Part shown: piece after piece, positions 9,073-17,649 of the stretch | Numbering within the stretch: the stretch's first letter is position 1 | Layout of the letters: the number at the start of each line of letters is the position of its first letter | DNA from: Syntrophales bacterium | GTDB taxonomy: Bacteria > Desulfobacterota > Syntrophia > Syntrophales > Fen-1087 | NCBI GenBank assembly: GCA_030656035.1 | Contig: JAUSOK010000168.1 | Coordinates: forward strand, 1-55,894 | Direction: 5' to 3' | DNA length: 55,894 nt | Notes under the pieces: generated by a model | Database searches by the model: none | What the model was told of the DNA's origin: nothing | The model's input: only the letters and a program-made list of their open reading frames with translations | Position numbers and translations under genes: made by a program

Positions 9073-10165
9073 TTACGCCGACAGCAAATAGGCCTCAATA
9101 AAATCGTCAATATCGCCGTCCAGGACGCGTGTGGCGTTTCCAACCTCCAGATTGGTCCGGTGATCCTTGATCATCTTATAGGGATGAAGCACATATGAGC
9201 GGATCTGGCTGCCCCAGGCAATTTCCTTCTTGGATTTGTTCACCTCATCGAGCTTTGCGTTTTGTTCCTGCAGCTTCAGTTCGTAAATGCGCGATTTCAG
9301 ATACTTCATGGCCATGGCCTTGTTTTTGTGCTGGGAGCGTTCATTCTGGCATTGTACGACAATGCCCGTGGGCAGATGGGTCAGCCGTACAGCGGAGTCC
9401 GTCTTGTTTACATGCTGCCCGCCGGCCCCGGTGGAACGATAGGTGTCGATACGAAGATCTTTCTCATCGATTTCCACAACGATCTCTTCATCCACCTCCG
9501 GATAGACAAACACGGAGGCAAAGGAGGTGTGTCTTCTGGCGCCGGCGTCGAAAGGCGATATCCGGACAAGCCGGTGGATGCCGATTTCGGCCTTGGCATA
9601 GCCATAGGCATATTCGCCTTCGATCGTCAGGGAGACGTTTTTCACGCCCGCCTCATCGCCTGGCAAAAAATCGATGATGGTGGTCTTGAACCCCCTGCGT
9701 TCCGCCCAGCGCAGATACATGCGCAAAAGCATCTCCGCCCAGTCCTGTGCTTCGGTGCCGCCCGCCCCGGCGTGAATGGACATGATGGCATTCATGGGGT
9801 CCTGCTCGGAACCCAGCATCATCTTGAGTTCTTCAGCGCGAACAGCGGCCGTCAGGTTTTCCATATCCCGGCCCACTTCCGTCAGGGTTTCCTGGTCCTC
9901 CTCCGCCGTTGCCAGTTCATAAAGTTCATTGAGATCGTCAACCGAGCCTTTGAGCGCCTTCCAGTGGCCGACGATATGATCCAGTCGCGACTTCTTTTTC
10001 AGTACATCACGGGCCTTTTCCTGGTCGTTCCAGAAATCCTCACACAGGGAAAGCGCTTCCAGCTCTTTGATGTTGTTGTCTTTGTCGGGGATGTCAAAGA
10101 CATTCTCCGAGCCGGTCGATTCTTTTTTTCACATTCGCAATGGCTTCGGGCAACGTTTCAATCAT
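9073..10165 (-). CDS. prfB: Peptide chain release factor 2, requiring a programmed +1 frameshift
   Basis: Frame 0 from the ATG at 10165 reads MIETLPEAIANVKKRIDRLGECL, then TGA. The +1 frame continues DIPDKDNNIKELEAL... and joins the 267-aa ORF 9073..9876, which carries the GGQ motif (STGAGGQHVNKTDSAVR). Confidence 0.9.
10093..10099 (-). other. prfB +1 frameshift site CTT TGA C
   Basis: The minus strand reads CGGCTCGGAGAATGTCTTTGACATC. This contains the canonical slippery CUU-UGA-C with a GGAG SD-like element upstream. Confidence 0.85.
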
Positions 10166-11744
10166 AATTCCTGCTCCTTTTTTTAATCGTCACGGTAAAT
10201 ATCAGGATCAATGCGAGGATGCAACCATAAACGAACACATCCCCATAGGTCGAATAAAAGGTGTTTCTGTCCATGAACCGGACCGTCCCTGCTATCGTGG
10301 CTTTTTCAAACAGGGCGCTGCGGGCTTCAATCCGGCCGGTGGGACCAATGATTGCACTGATGCCCGTATTGGCAGCCCGAACCAGGTACAGCCGGTTCTC
10401 CACGGAGCGGAATACCGTCATGGACAGGTGCTGATACGGCGCCGATGTATTGCCGAACCAGGCGTCATTGGTAATATTCACCAGGAGGTTCGCACCCCCT
10501 TGTCGATATGCCCGACCCGCTTCCGGCAGGATGCCCTCATAGCAGATCATGATCCCCATTTTCCGTGGCGGATTGCCCCCCTGCATGCTCAGCGGCTCAT
10601 ATCCGGGGCCGCTGCGAAAATCGCCGATTCCCGCCACCAGTTTGTTGATGAAGGGAAAGAATCGGCGCAAGGGCACGTATTCCCCATAGGGAACCAGATG
10701 AACCTTATCATATTGACCGGCGATCCGGCCATCCGGCGAGAGCAGAAAGGCGCTGTTGAGGAAAACCAGGTCAAGACCGTCCCTCTCGTAGCGGGGACTG
10801 CCGAAGAGCAGCCAGTCGCCGGTCAGCCTTGGGAGGGAAGCCACTTCGCGGTGCATTTCATTCTGATCCTGAAAAAAGAAGGGGGTAGCCGTTTCGGGCC
10901 AGACGATGAGGCCGCCGGCTGACGGGGCGGCCTGCCGGGTAAGGCTTTTGTAGATACGGATCGTTTCATCCTGAAAAGCCGGGCGCCATTTGATGTTCTG
11001 ATCAATATTGCCCTGGATGAGGCTGACGGGCATTTGCGGAGCCTGACCGAGGACTTTCTCTACGTCTCCTATACGAAAAATACCATAACCGAAAAGGATA
11101 ACCATCACCAGGCAGCCTGCGGCAACCTCTGCCGTGATCCGCCTGGCCTGACGTTTCCTGTTCGTCCGTGACCGCCAAAAATTGAGGACGTTAAAAATGA
11201 CCACATTGATTAAGACGATGGCAAAGCTCAGTCCGAAGACACCCGTGATATCAGCCGCTTGGATCAGCGGCCGGTAGAGATACTGTGAATAACCGAGGTT
11301 TTCCCAGGGAAAGCCCGTGAGCAGATGAGATTTTGCATATTCCAGGAAAGTCCAGAGCAACGGCGCCGCAAGTATCGGGGAAACACCCCGGCCATGAAAA
11401 TAAACGACGCCCGCCGCAAACAGCGCCACATATAGAGCCAGATAAGCCGATAGCAGCAGCATGACGGCAATCCCCACAGGAAGCGGGAGATAGCCGTAAT
11501 GAACGACGACGTAGGCAATCCAGTAAATGATCCCGATATAGGCGGAGAAACCGGTCAGGAATCCGGTCAGAAACCCCTGATAAGGCGTTTTCGCTTGCAG
11601 GGCCCAGAGCAGGGGAACGAAAGCAATCCAGGCGAGCAGGCCCGTACCGAACTTGGGAAAGGATAGAAAAAGCAGCAGGCCTGATAATAAGGCCAGGGAA
11701 ATAGTCCTCCTATCGATGGCTGATCGCTCCCCCGCTATTATCAT
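10158..11744 (-). CDS. lnt: Apolipoprotein N-acyltransferase
   Basis: A 528-aa ORF with a multi-TM N-terminal half and a C-terminal nitrilase-like domain (ICYEGILPE, NITNDAWFG). Its stop overlaps the prfB start (ATGATTGA). Confidence 0.85.
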   Translation of the reverse strand: MIIAGERSAIDRRTISLALLSGLLLFLSFPKFGTGLLAWIAFVPLLWALQAKTPYQGFLTGFLTGFSAYIGIIYWIAYVVVHYGYLPLPVGIAVMLLLSAYLALYVALFAAGVVYFHGRGVSPILAAPLLWTFLEYAKSHLLTGFPWENLGYSQYLYRPLIQAADITGVFGLSFAIVLINVVIFNVLNFWRSRTNRKRQARRITAEVAAGCLVMVILFGYGIFRIGDVEKVLGQAPQMPVSLIQGNIDQNIKWRPAFQDETIRIYKSLTRQAAPSAGGLIVWPETATPFFFQDQNEMHREVASLPRLTGDWLLFGSPRYERDGLDLVFLNSAFLLSPDGRIAGQYDKVHLVPYGEYVPLRRFFPFINKLVAGIGDFRSGPGYEPLSMQGGNPPRKMGIMICYEGILPEAGRAYRQGGANLLVNITNDAWFGNTSAPYQHLSMTVFRSVENRLYLVRAANTGISAIIGPTGRIEARSALFEKATIAGTVRFMDRNTFYSTYGDVFVYGCILALILIFTVTIKKRSRNYD

Positions 11745-12544
11745 GTCGCGCTGCCATTCCGATCGCCGGTCAACCGCCTCAGTCTGACTTTTTTGATACT
11801 GCGTTCATCCGCAGATTCGATGATCATTTCGAATTTTTCAATTTCAATCGCTTCACCGGTAATGGGAATTTTCCCGATGGCATGGAGAATCATTCCCCCC
11901 AGGGTCTCGTACTTTCCTTCCGGAAAGGTCACCCCGAAATGATCCTCGATTTTTTCAATGTCCACCCTGGCGTCCACAAGAATGTAACCATCCGCAAGTT
12001 CGGCAATCTCTCCCTCTTCGAGATCATCCTCATCGTGGATTTCTCCGACGATTTCTTCGATCAGGTCCTCGAGCGTCACGAGTCCCGACGTGCCCCCGTA
12101 TTCGTCGATCACAACGGCCATGTGGTATTTGCGCTGCTTCAGTTCATGCAGCAGCAGGTGGGTATTTTTTGTTTCCGGGATATAATAGGGTTTTCTCAGG
12201 ATGGAAAGAATATTGCCTTCCGCCATGGGCTTTGACCAGAATTTGAGCAGGTCCTTCACATTCAGGATGCCGACAATGTTGTCAATGCTGCCGCTGTAAA
12301 CCGGCATCCGCGTGTGACCGTAACGCGTAATGAGATCGATGATCTCCTCAATGGGAGCGCCACTGGGAATGGCGACCATTTCCGTCCGGGGAATCATTAC
12401 CTCGCGGACGAGCGTGTCGCGGAATTCCAGGATGCTCTGGATCATCTCACCGGATTGTGGATCGATCAGACCGTCTTCCTCGCCGGCGTCAATGATGGAC
12501 TGGATTTCTTTTTCAAGCCGGGTGGAATCTTTGGCCGAAAACAT
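11741..12544 (-). CDS. corC: CBS-pair plus CorC/HlyC transporter-associated domain protein (CorC/YbeX-like)
   Basis: A 267-aa ORF with VREVMIPRTEM and a second CBS region (AVVIDEYGGTSGLVTLEDLIEEIVGEI), plus a C-terminal CorC_HlyC-like segment. Overlaps lnt by 4 nt. Confidence 0.8.
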   Translation of the reverse strand: MFSAKDSTRLEKEIQSIIDAGEEDGLIDPQSGEMIQSILEFRDTLVREVMIPRTEMVAIPSGAPIEEIIDLITRYGHTRMPVYSGSIDNIVGILNVKDLLKFWSKPMAEGNILSILRKPYYIPETKNTHLLLHELKQRKYHMAVVIDEYGGTSGLVTLEDLIEEIVGEIHDEDDLEEGEIAELADGYILVDARVDIEKIEDHFGVTFPEGKYETLGGMILHAIGKIPITGEAIEIEKFEMIIESADERSIKKVRLRRLTGDRNGSAT

Positions 12545-12592
12545 CCCCTTGATCTTTGAAGCAATTGTTTTTCTTATAATATTATGCTCCTT

Positions 12593-13465
12593 CTATAATC
12601 CCCGCATGTATTCCGGACGCAATCGCCGGTTATCGCCGGACTGAATGACCTGCTGAATCATGCTGAGGTTTTGTTCCTTCTCCTGGGGCATCCTGGCCCG
12701 GATGGGCAGGTAATTCGAGGCGTGATTGGATGTAAAGAAGCAGTTTGTAAACTCCGTGCGGGCGACCATGACCTCCAGTTCCCTCAGAAACCCGAAGGTG
12801 TCGGGAAGCACAAAGAGGCCGTTGACATAGTCTTCGTACAGCGGCGTTCCGGGAACGACCATCACCGTCAGGGCGCCGACGTAATCGGGATCGATGTCCG
12901 TCAGGATTCTGGCCGTATCCAAGGCGTGTTCGACGCTTTTTTCGATCCCGCCGATGCCCAGAAGCACCGTAGCGGACAGAAGGATTCCGGCATCCTTGAT
13001 CCGCCGGCCCGCTTCGACCATCTGTGCATAGGTCGCCCCTTTGCTGATTTTCTTCAGCAGATCCTCATTTCCGGTTTCCACACCGAGATAGACGATCCGC
13101 AACCCCATCTCCCGCAACTGCACGAGTTCTTCCGGCGTCTTGCGCAGGATGCTCTTGGCGTTGGCATAGCACCCCACCCTTTTGACGCCATTGATATGCC
13201 GCTGGATGGACGACAGAATTTCCACCAGACGCTGCTGCGGGATAATCAGCGCATCGCCGTCACACAGAAAGATCTTCTCCACTAGACGGTAGCGGCTTGC
13301 CTCGAGGATGTCTTCCTCAATTTCCGCAAAGGATTTGATGCGGAACTTTCCCCCCTTATAGGTTGGACAGAAGCTGCATTTATTGTGGGAACACCCGACG
13401 GTCACCTGTAAAAGCAGGCTGTAGGCTTCGCTGGGCGGCCTGATGATCATTCCTTCGTATTTCAT
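12593..13465 (-). CDS. Radical SAM protein, function unknown
   Basis: CxxxCxxC cluster in VGCSHNKCSFCPTY near the N-terminus. I prefer the ATG (MKYEGMIIRPPSE) at 13465 over the upstream TTG at 13474. Confidence 0.75.
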   Translation of the reverse strand: MKYEGMIIRPPSEAYSLLLQVTVGCSHNKCSFCPTYKGGKFRIKSFAEIEEDILEASRYRLVEKIFLCDGDALIIPQQRLVEILSSIQRHINGVKRVGCYANAKSILRKTPEELVQLREMGLRIVYLGVETGNEDLLKKISKGATYAQMVEAGRRIKDAGILLSATVLLGIGGIEKSVEHALDTARILTDIDPDYVGALTVMVVPGTPLYEDYVNGLFVLPDTFGFLRELEVMVARTEFTNCFFTSNHASNYLPIRARMPQEKEQNLSMIQQVIQSGDNRRLRPEYMRGL

Positions 13466-13475
13466 AGTGTGCAAT

Positions 13476-13503
13476 AAAAAAACCGCCGCCGAAGCCGCGG
13501 GCC
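13476..13503 (-). terminator. Candidate intrinsic terminator downstream of rhlE
   Basis: The minus strand reads CCGCGGC-UUCG-GCGGCGG, an imperfect GC stem with a UUCG loop, followed by U7 (plus-strand A-run 13476..13482). The stem needs two bulges, so this call is weak. Confidence 0.4.
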
Positions 13504-13602
13504 CGGGTTTCCTTCCATGGTTATATTTTACTCTTTCACGGATATAATTTATAACATAACGATGAAAAAGGCAAGGGCGACGGTTCTATTCTCGGCACGA
13601 AC

Positions 13603-14823
13603 TCAGGCGTATTGCGTTTTCAGCGAACGAAACCGATTATGGTTTTGACGCTGTGGAAACGCCACGGGGTTTTTTTCCAAAGCTTCGCGATAATCAAACC
13701 CCTCCAATACTTTTCTTTCGATCGGCGTACCCAGCGTCTTTTCAATCTCCCGGATCGTGTCCCTATCTTCACGGGTGACCAGCGTAAAGGCGTCGCCCAG
13801 GCGCTCGGCCCTGCCTGTCCGGCCAATCCGGTGAATGTAGCTGGTAGCCGAATCGGGAATGTCAAAATTGATGACATGGGAAATGGAAGAGACATCCAAT
13901 CCCCGGGCCGCGATATCCGTCGCGACGAGGACTTTGATTTTTCCTGTCCGGAACTGGTCCATCGACTGTTTGCGCTGGCTCTGGGATTTGTTTGAATGCA
14001 GGGCCGAGGCCGCATAGCCGGCACGCTTTATTTTTTCCGTGACGCGATCAGCGCGGTGTTTTGTCCGGGTGAATACCAGGATGGAATGGACCGTCATCTC
14101 GTCAAGCAGCCGCTGCAACAGGCCGGGCTTTAAGTGCTGCGGGACCGGGTAAAGCGTATGCGCAACGGTACTGGATGGCGCATCGGTTCCCATCGAAAAT
14201 CGCTGCGGCGAGCGCAATGACTTTGCGGCCAGTTGTTCCACTGCCGCATCGAATGTCGCCGAAAAGAGCAGCGTCTGTCGTTGGGAAGGCACCTGCTTCA
14301 TGATCTGCTGGATGGACGGCAAAAAACCCATGTCCAGCATGCGATCCGCTTCATCGATCACGAGAACCTCAACCTGATCCAGCCTGGCGTTTCCCCGGTT
14401 CAGATGATCCAGCAAGCGACCCGGACAGGCGACGATCACCTCGACGCCCTGCTGCAAAGCCTTTTCTTGCGGCTGCATCCCCACGCCGCCGTAAACAGTG
14501 GCCGATCGCAGGGACGTAAATTTCCCCAGCTCGTTGATCACCGTATGGATCTGTTCAGCCAGTTCGCGCGTCGGCGTGACAATCAGCGCACGCGTCGCCC
14601 TGCGACCGCCCTGCTTTTTCATGGCGAGCAGGTTGTGCAGGATCGGAAGCACAAAAGCGGCGGTTTTGCCTGTGCCGGTCGGGGCCGTTCCGATCACGTC
14701 ACGCCCCGCCAGAATGGCGGGAATGGCGACAGCCTGGATCGGCGTCGCTTTCTCATACCCGGCCGCTTGAAGCCCTTGCCCCACACGACCGTCTAACTTG
14801 AAACTTTCAAAACTCATTTTCAT
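13603..14823 (-). CDS. rhlE: DEAD-box ATP-dependent RNA helicase (RhlE-like)
   Basis: Q-motif region, Walker A APTGTGKTAAF, VIDEADRMLDMGF (DEAD), SAT, and HRIGRTGRAG. Confidence 0.9.
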   Translation of the reverse strand: MKMSFESFKLDGRVGQGLQAAGYEKATPIQAVAIPAILAGRDVIGTAPTGTGKTAAFVLPILHNLLAMKKQGGRRATRALIVTPTRELAEQIHTVINELGKFTSLRSATVYGGVGMQPQEKALQQGVEVIVACPGRLLDHLNRGNARLDQVEVLVIDEADRMLDMGFLPSIQQIMKQVPSQRQTLLFSATFDAAVEQLAAKSLRSPQRFSMGTDAPSSTVAHTLYPVPQHLKPGLLQRLLDEMTVHSILVFTRTKHRADRVTEKIKRAGYAASALHSNKSQSQRKQSMDQFRTGKIKVLVATDIAARGLDVSSISHVINFDIPDSATSYIHRIGRTGRAERLGDAFTLVTREDRDTIREIEKTLGTPIERKVLEGFDYREALEKNPVAFPQRQNHNRFRSLKTQYA

Positions 14824-15236
14824 CCTTTATAATTACCAGCAGTTGAGAGATTTGAACCCATTTCGAACCGGCACGGCTGGTAAAGACAAGGCTCTTTACG
14901 CGCTGGGTGAGCGCCTTAAAGACAGGTCGCGAACACGGCATTAAATTTGGATTCTGTTTAGATTAGCGGGATTTTCCTGCCGAAGTTTCTTGTCAAGAAA
15001 GGTGGGAAGGTCAATGACAAACGCTATCACGGCCGTCTTTCTACACGCCTGGTCGAAAAATAGCAAGAACTATTTTCAACTATTTTTGCGTATTTGCGAA
15101 AAATATGCTGTTTTCGTGAATCGACACAGCACCCCATGAAAAAGAAGGTTCTTATCAATGGAAAGTCAAACCGTTATTAAAGTTCTCATCCCGCCTGTGC
15201 TGTTCCGACAGCACCAAAATAAACGAGGTGATGACT

Positions 15237-17561
15237 ATGGGACTCTCTATCTTTCTTAAATCACTGGATATTTTTTCCGATCTGAACGATCGGGAAAGGT
15301 TCATCCTTGCCGAAAACGCGCAAGGGATTGAATACGCCCCCGATGCTGCGATCATCAAACGGGGGGAAATCGGCAGTTTCCTCTGGATTGTCCAGGAGGG
15401 GGAGGTGAAAGTGATCCTGCCGCCGTCCGGTTCGGCAGGAGAAATCACCATCCTTTTAAAAACAGGCTCCCTGTTCGGCGAAATGTCGATCATGACCGGG
15501 GAACCGGCCAGCGCGGACGTCGTGGCTGCGACCGCCTGCAGGCTGATCAAGATCCCGAGGGATGCCGTTTCCCAATTGATCGCCGGAAATCCCAAGACCC
15601 TGGGAAAATTTGCCCGGCTGATCACGGAGCGGATGCTCAGCAATGCCCGGGTCGCAGCCCAACAGGATCTCCAGCGGTCCGCCCACCAGGTTAATGAAGA
15701 TCCTTACGATCTGAATTTTTCCTCGGCCTCGGAACCGCTGAAAATCCTGGTTTTGAACAGCGGCAGTTCATCCCTGAAGTATTCCCTTTTCGACACCATC
15801 CAGAACCAGCCGCTCCTCGAGGGGGAAATTGAAAAAATCGGTTCCGGCGATGCCGCCCATCAGATCAGAACCCCTCAGACAAAGCGGAAGGATCCGCAAC
15901 CGAGCGTCATGAACATGAACGACGCCTTTGATGTCATGATCCGTACCCTCACAGACCCAGAATTTGCGGCCATCGACCGTCTCAGTGATCTCAATGCAGT
16001 CGGTCACCGTGTCGTACACGGCGGCGGACAATTTTCCAATGCCGTGGTTATCAATGAAAATGTCATGGCCTCGATCCGTTCTTCCTGTTCGCTGGCGCCA
16101 CTGCACAATCCTTACAATCTGGAGGGAATAGAACGCATGCAGCTCCTGTTGCCTGATATCCGGCAGGTGGCTGTCTTTGACACGGCCTTTCACCAGACCA
16201 TGCCCAGCCATGCCTATACCTATGCGCTCCCCCATGAGATCTGTGAAAAGGAACAGGTCCGGCGCTACGGTTTTCACGGAACCAATCATGAATACGTGGC
16301 GCTCCGGGCGGCCACCTGGCTCAAGCGCCCCCTGGGCGAGTTGAAAATTATCTCCTGTCATCTGGGCAACGGCGCCTCCCTCTGCGCCATCGACCATGGG
16401 CGCAGTATCGACACGAGCATGGGCATGACCCCCCTCGAAGGTCTGATCATGGGCACACGGCCCGGGGATGTGGACCCCGGCGTCATCCTTCATCTCATGA
16501 AGGGCGCTTCTTTAAATTTCGAAAACATGGACCGGATGCTGAACAAGGAAAGCGGATTGAAGGGCATCAGCGGAAAAAATGACATGCGGGAAATCCTTGC
16601 CGGCGCAGAACAGGGTGATGTGCAATGCACCCGGCCCGTCAGCGCTTTCTGTTACAGGATCCGCAAATATATCGGCGCCTATGTGGCTGCTCTGGGCGGG
16701 CTCGACGTTTTGATCTTCACTGCCGGCATCGGCGCCAATTCCTCCGAAATCCGTGCCGGGATCTGCCAGGGGCTGGACCTGTTCGGCATTTACCTCCTTA
16801 AGGACCGCAATCTGCACAGCGTGGATCAGGGACAGGTCCTGGACGTTTCCGCGCCGGACGCCAGGGTCCGGATACTGGTGATCCCTGCCGACGAGGAACG
16901 CATGATCGCCCGGAAGACCCTTCATGCCATGGGCCGGGTCCGGACCGTCGAAGAAACAAGGATGCTCCGGTCGAAACCGGTCCCCATCAGTGTTTCCGCA
17001 CATCATGTCCATCTAAGTCAGCCTGATTTTGAACAGCTCTTCGGTCAGGGGAAAACGATGACCCCAAGATCCGATCTGACCCAGCCGGGCCAGTTTGCCT
17101 GCCAGGAAACGGTCAATCTCATCGGACCGAAAGGACGGGTCAGCCGTGTCCGTATTCTCGGCCCCAGCCGGAAGGAATCACAAGTGGAAATTTCGCGTAC
17201 CGAGGAATTTCAGTTGGGGATCGACGCCCCTGTCAGGGAATCAGGAGACCTGGCCGGGACGCCGGGGATCACCATCGAGGGGGAAGCGGGTAGGATTGAA
17301 CTGGAAAAGGGAGTTATCTGCGCAAAGCGTCATATCCACATGTCTCCCGAAGACGCCCTCGGCTTCGGCCTCCGCAATCGTGATGTGGTCCGGCTGGGGG
17401 TCAGGGGCGAGCGGGGACTGATTTTCGGCGACGTGGTGATCCGTGTGGATCCGAACTTCAGGCTGGATATGCACATTGATACGGATGAAGCCAACGCCGC
17501 TGAGATTTCTACCGGGGCATCGGGATTCATCGACTCGATCCAGCACCGGCGTTATATGTAA
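15237..17561 (+). CDS. Tri-domain fusion: cyclic-nucleotide-binding domain + acetate/propionate kinase + PduL-type phosphate acyltransferase
   Basis: N-terminus shows a Crp-like cNMP fold (IIKRGEIGSFLWIVQEGEVKV...GSLFGEMSIMTGEPASADVVA). The middle shows AckA motifs (LVLNSGSSSLKYSLFD, VGHRVVHGG, FDTAFHQTMP, YGFHGTNHEY, FTAGIGANS). The C-terminus shows PduL motifs (SAHHVHLS, GPSRKESQVEISRTE, AKRHIHMSPEDA, LDMHIDTDEANAA). A GAGGTG SD lies 6 nt before the ATG at 15237; the GTG at 15228 and the ATG at 15231 are alternative starts. Confidence 0.85.
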   Translation: MGLSIFLKSLDIFSDLNDRERFILAENAQGIEYAPDAAIIKRGEIGSFLWIVQEGEVKVILPPSGSAGEITILLKTGSLFGEMSIMTGEPASADVVAATACRLIKIPRDAVSQLIAGNPKTLGKFARLITERMLSNARVAAQQDLQRSAHQVNEDPYDLNFSSASEPLKILVLNSGSSSLKYSLFDTIQNQPLLEGEIEKIGSGDAAHQIRTPQTKRKDPQPSVMNMNDAFDVMIRTLTDPEFAAIDRLSDLNAVGHRVVHGGGQFSNAVVINENVMASIRSSCSLAPLHNPYNLEGIERMQLLLPDIRQVAVFDTAFHQTMPSHAYTYALPHEICEKEQVRRYGFHGTNHEYVALRAATWLKRPLGELKIISCHLGNGASLCAIDHGRSIDTSMGMTPLEGLIMGTRPGDVDPGVILHLMKGASLNFENMDRMLNKESGLKGISGKNDMREILAGAEQGDVQCTRPVSAFCYRIRKYIGAYVAALGGLDVLIFTAGIGANSSEIRAGICQGLDLFGIYLLKDRNLHSVDQGQVLDVSAPDARVRILVIPADEERMIARKTLHAMGRVRTVEETRMLRSKPVPISVSAHHVHLSQPDFEQLFGQGKTMTPRSDLTQPGQFACQETVNLIGPKGRVSRVRILGPSRKESQVEISRTEEFQLGIDAPVRESGDLAGTPGITIEGEAGRIELEKGVICAKRHIHMSPEDALGFGLRNRDVVRLGVRGERGLIFGDVVIRVDPNFRLDMHIDTDEANAAEISTGASGFIDSIQHRRYM

Positions 17562-17603
17562 TGAACGATCGACAACACACTGCATTTTGTGTTCATTATT
17601 CCA

Positions 17604-17632
17604 TTGACACACAAGATCGTTCTTCGTACACT
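17604..17632 (+). promoter_or_regulatory. Candidate sigma70-type promoter of the RND operon
   Basis: TTGACA at 17604..17609, a 17-nt spacer, then TACACT at 17627..17632. It is very close to the first ATG (17650), so the ATG at 17671 may be the real start. Confidence 0.35.
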
Positions 17633-17649
17633 CCCGCCGTGAAAAAGCA

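Noticed and set aside
14838-14885. tRNA-like T-loop motifs (GGTTCGAAA and GGGTTCAAATC on the minus strand) in the rhlE leader
   Set aside because: The flanking bases do not form a T-stem, an acceptor stem or any cloverleaf. This is likely a chance match, or at most an unrecognisable remnant.
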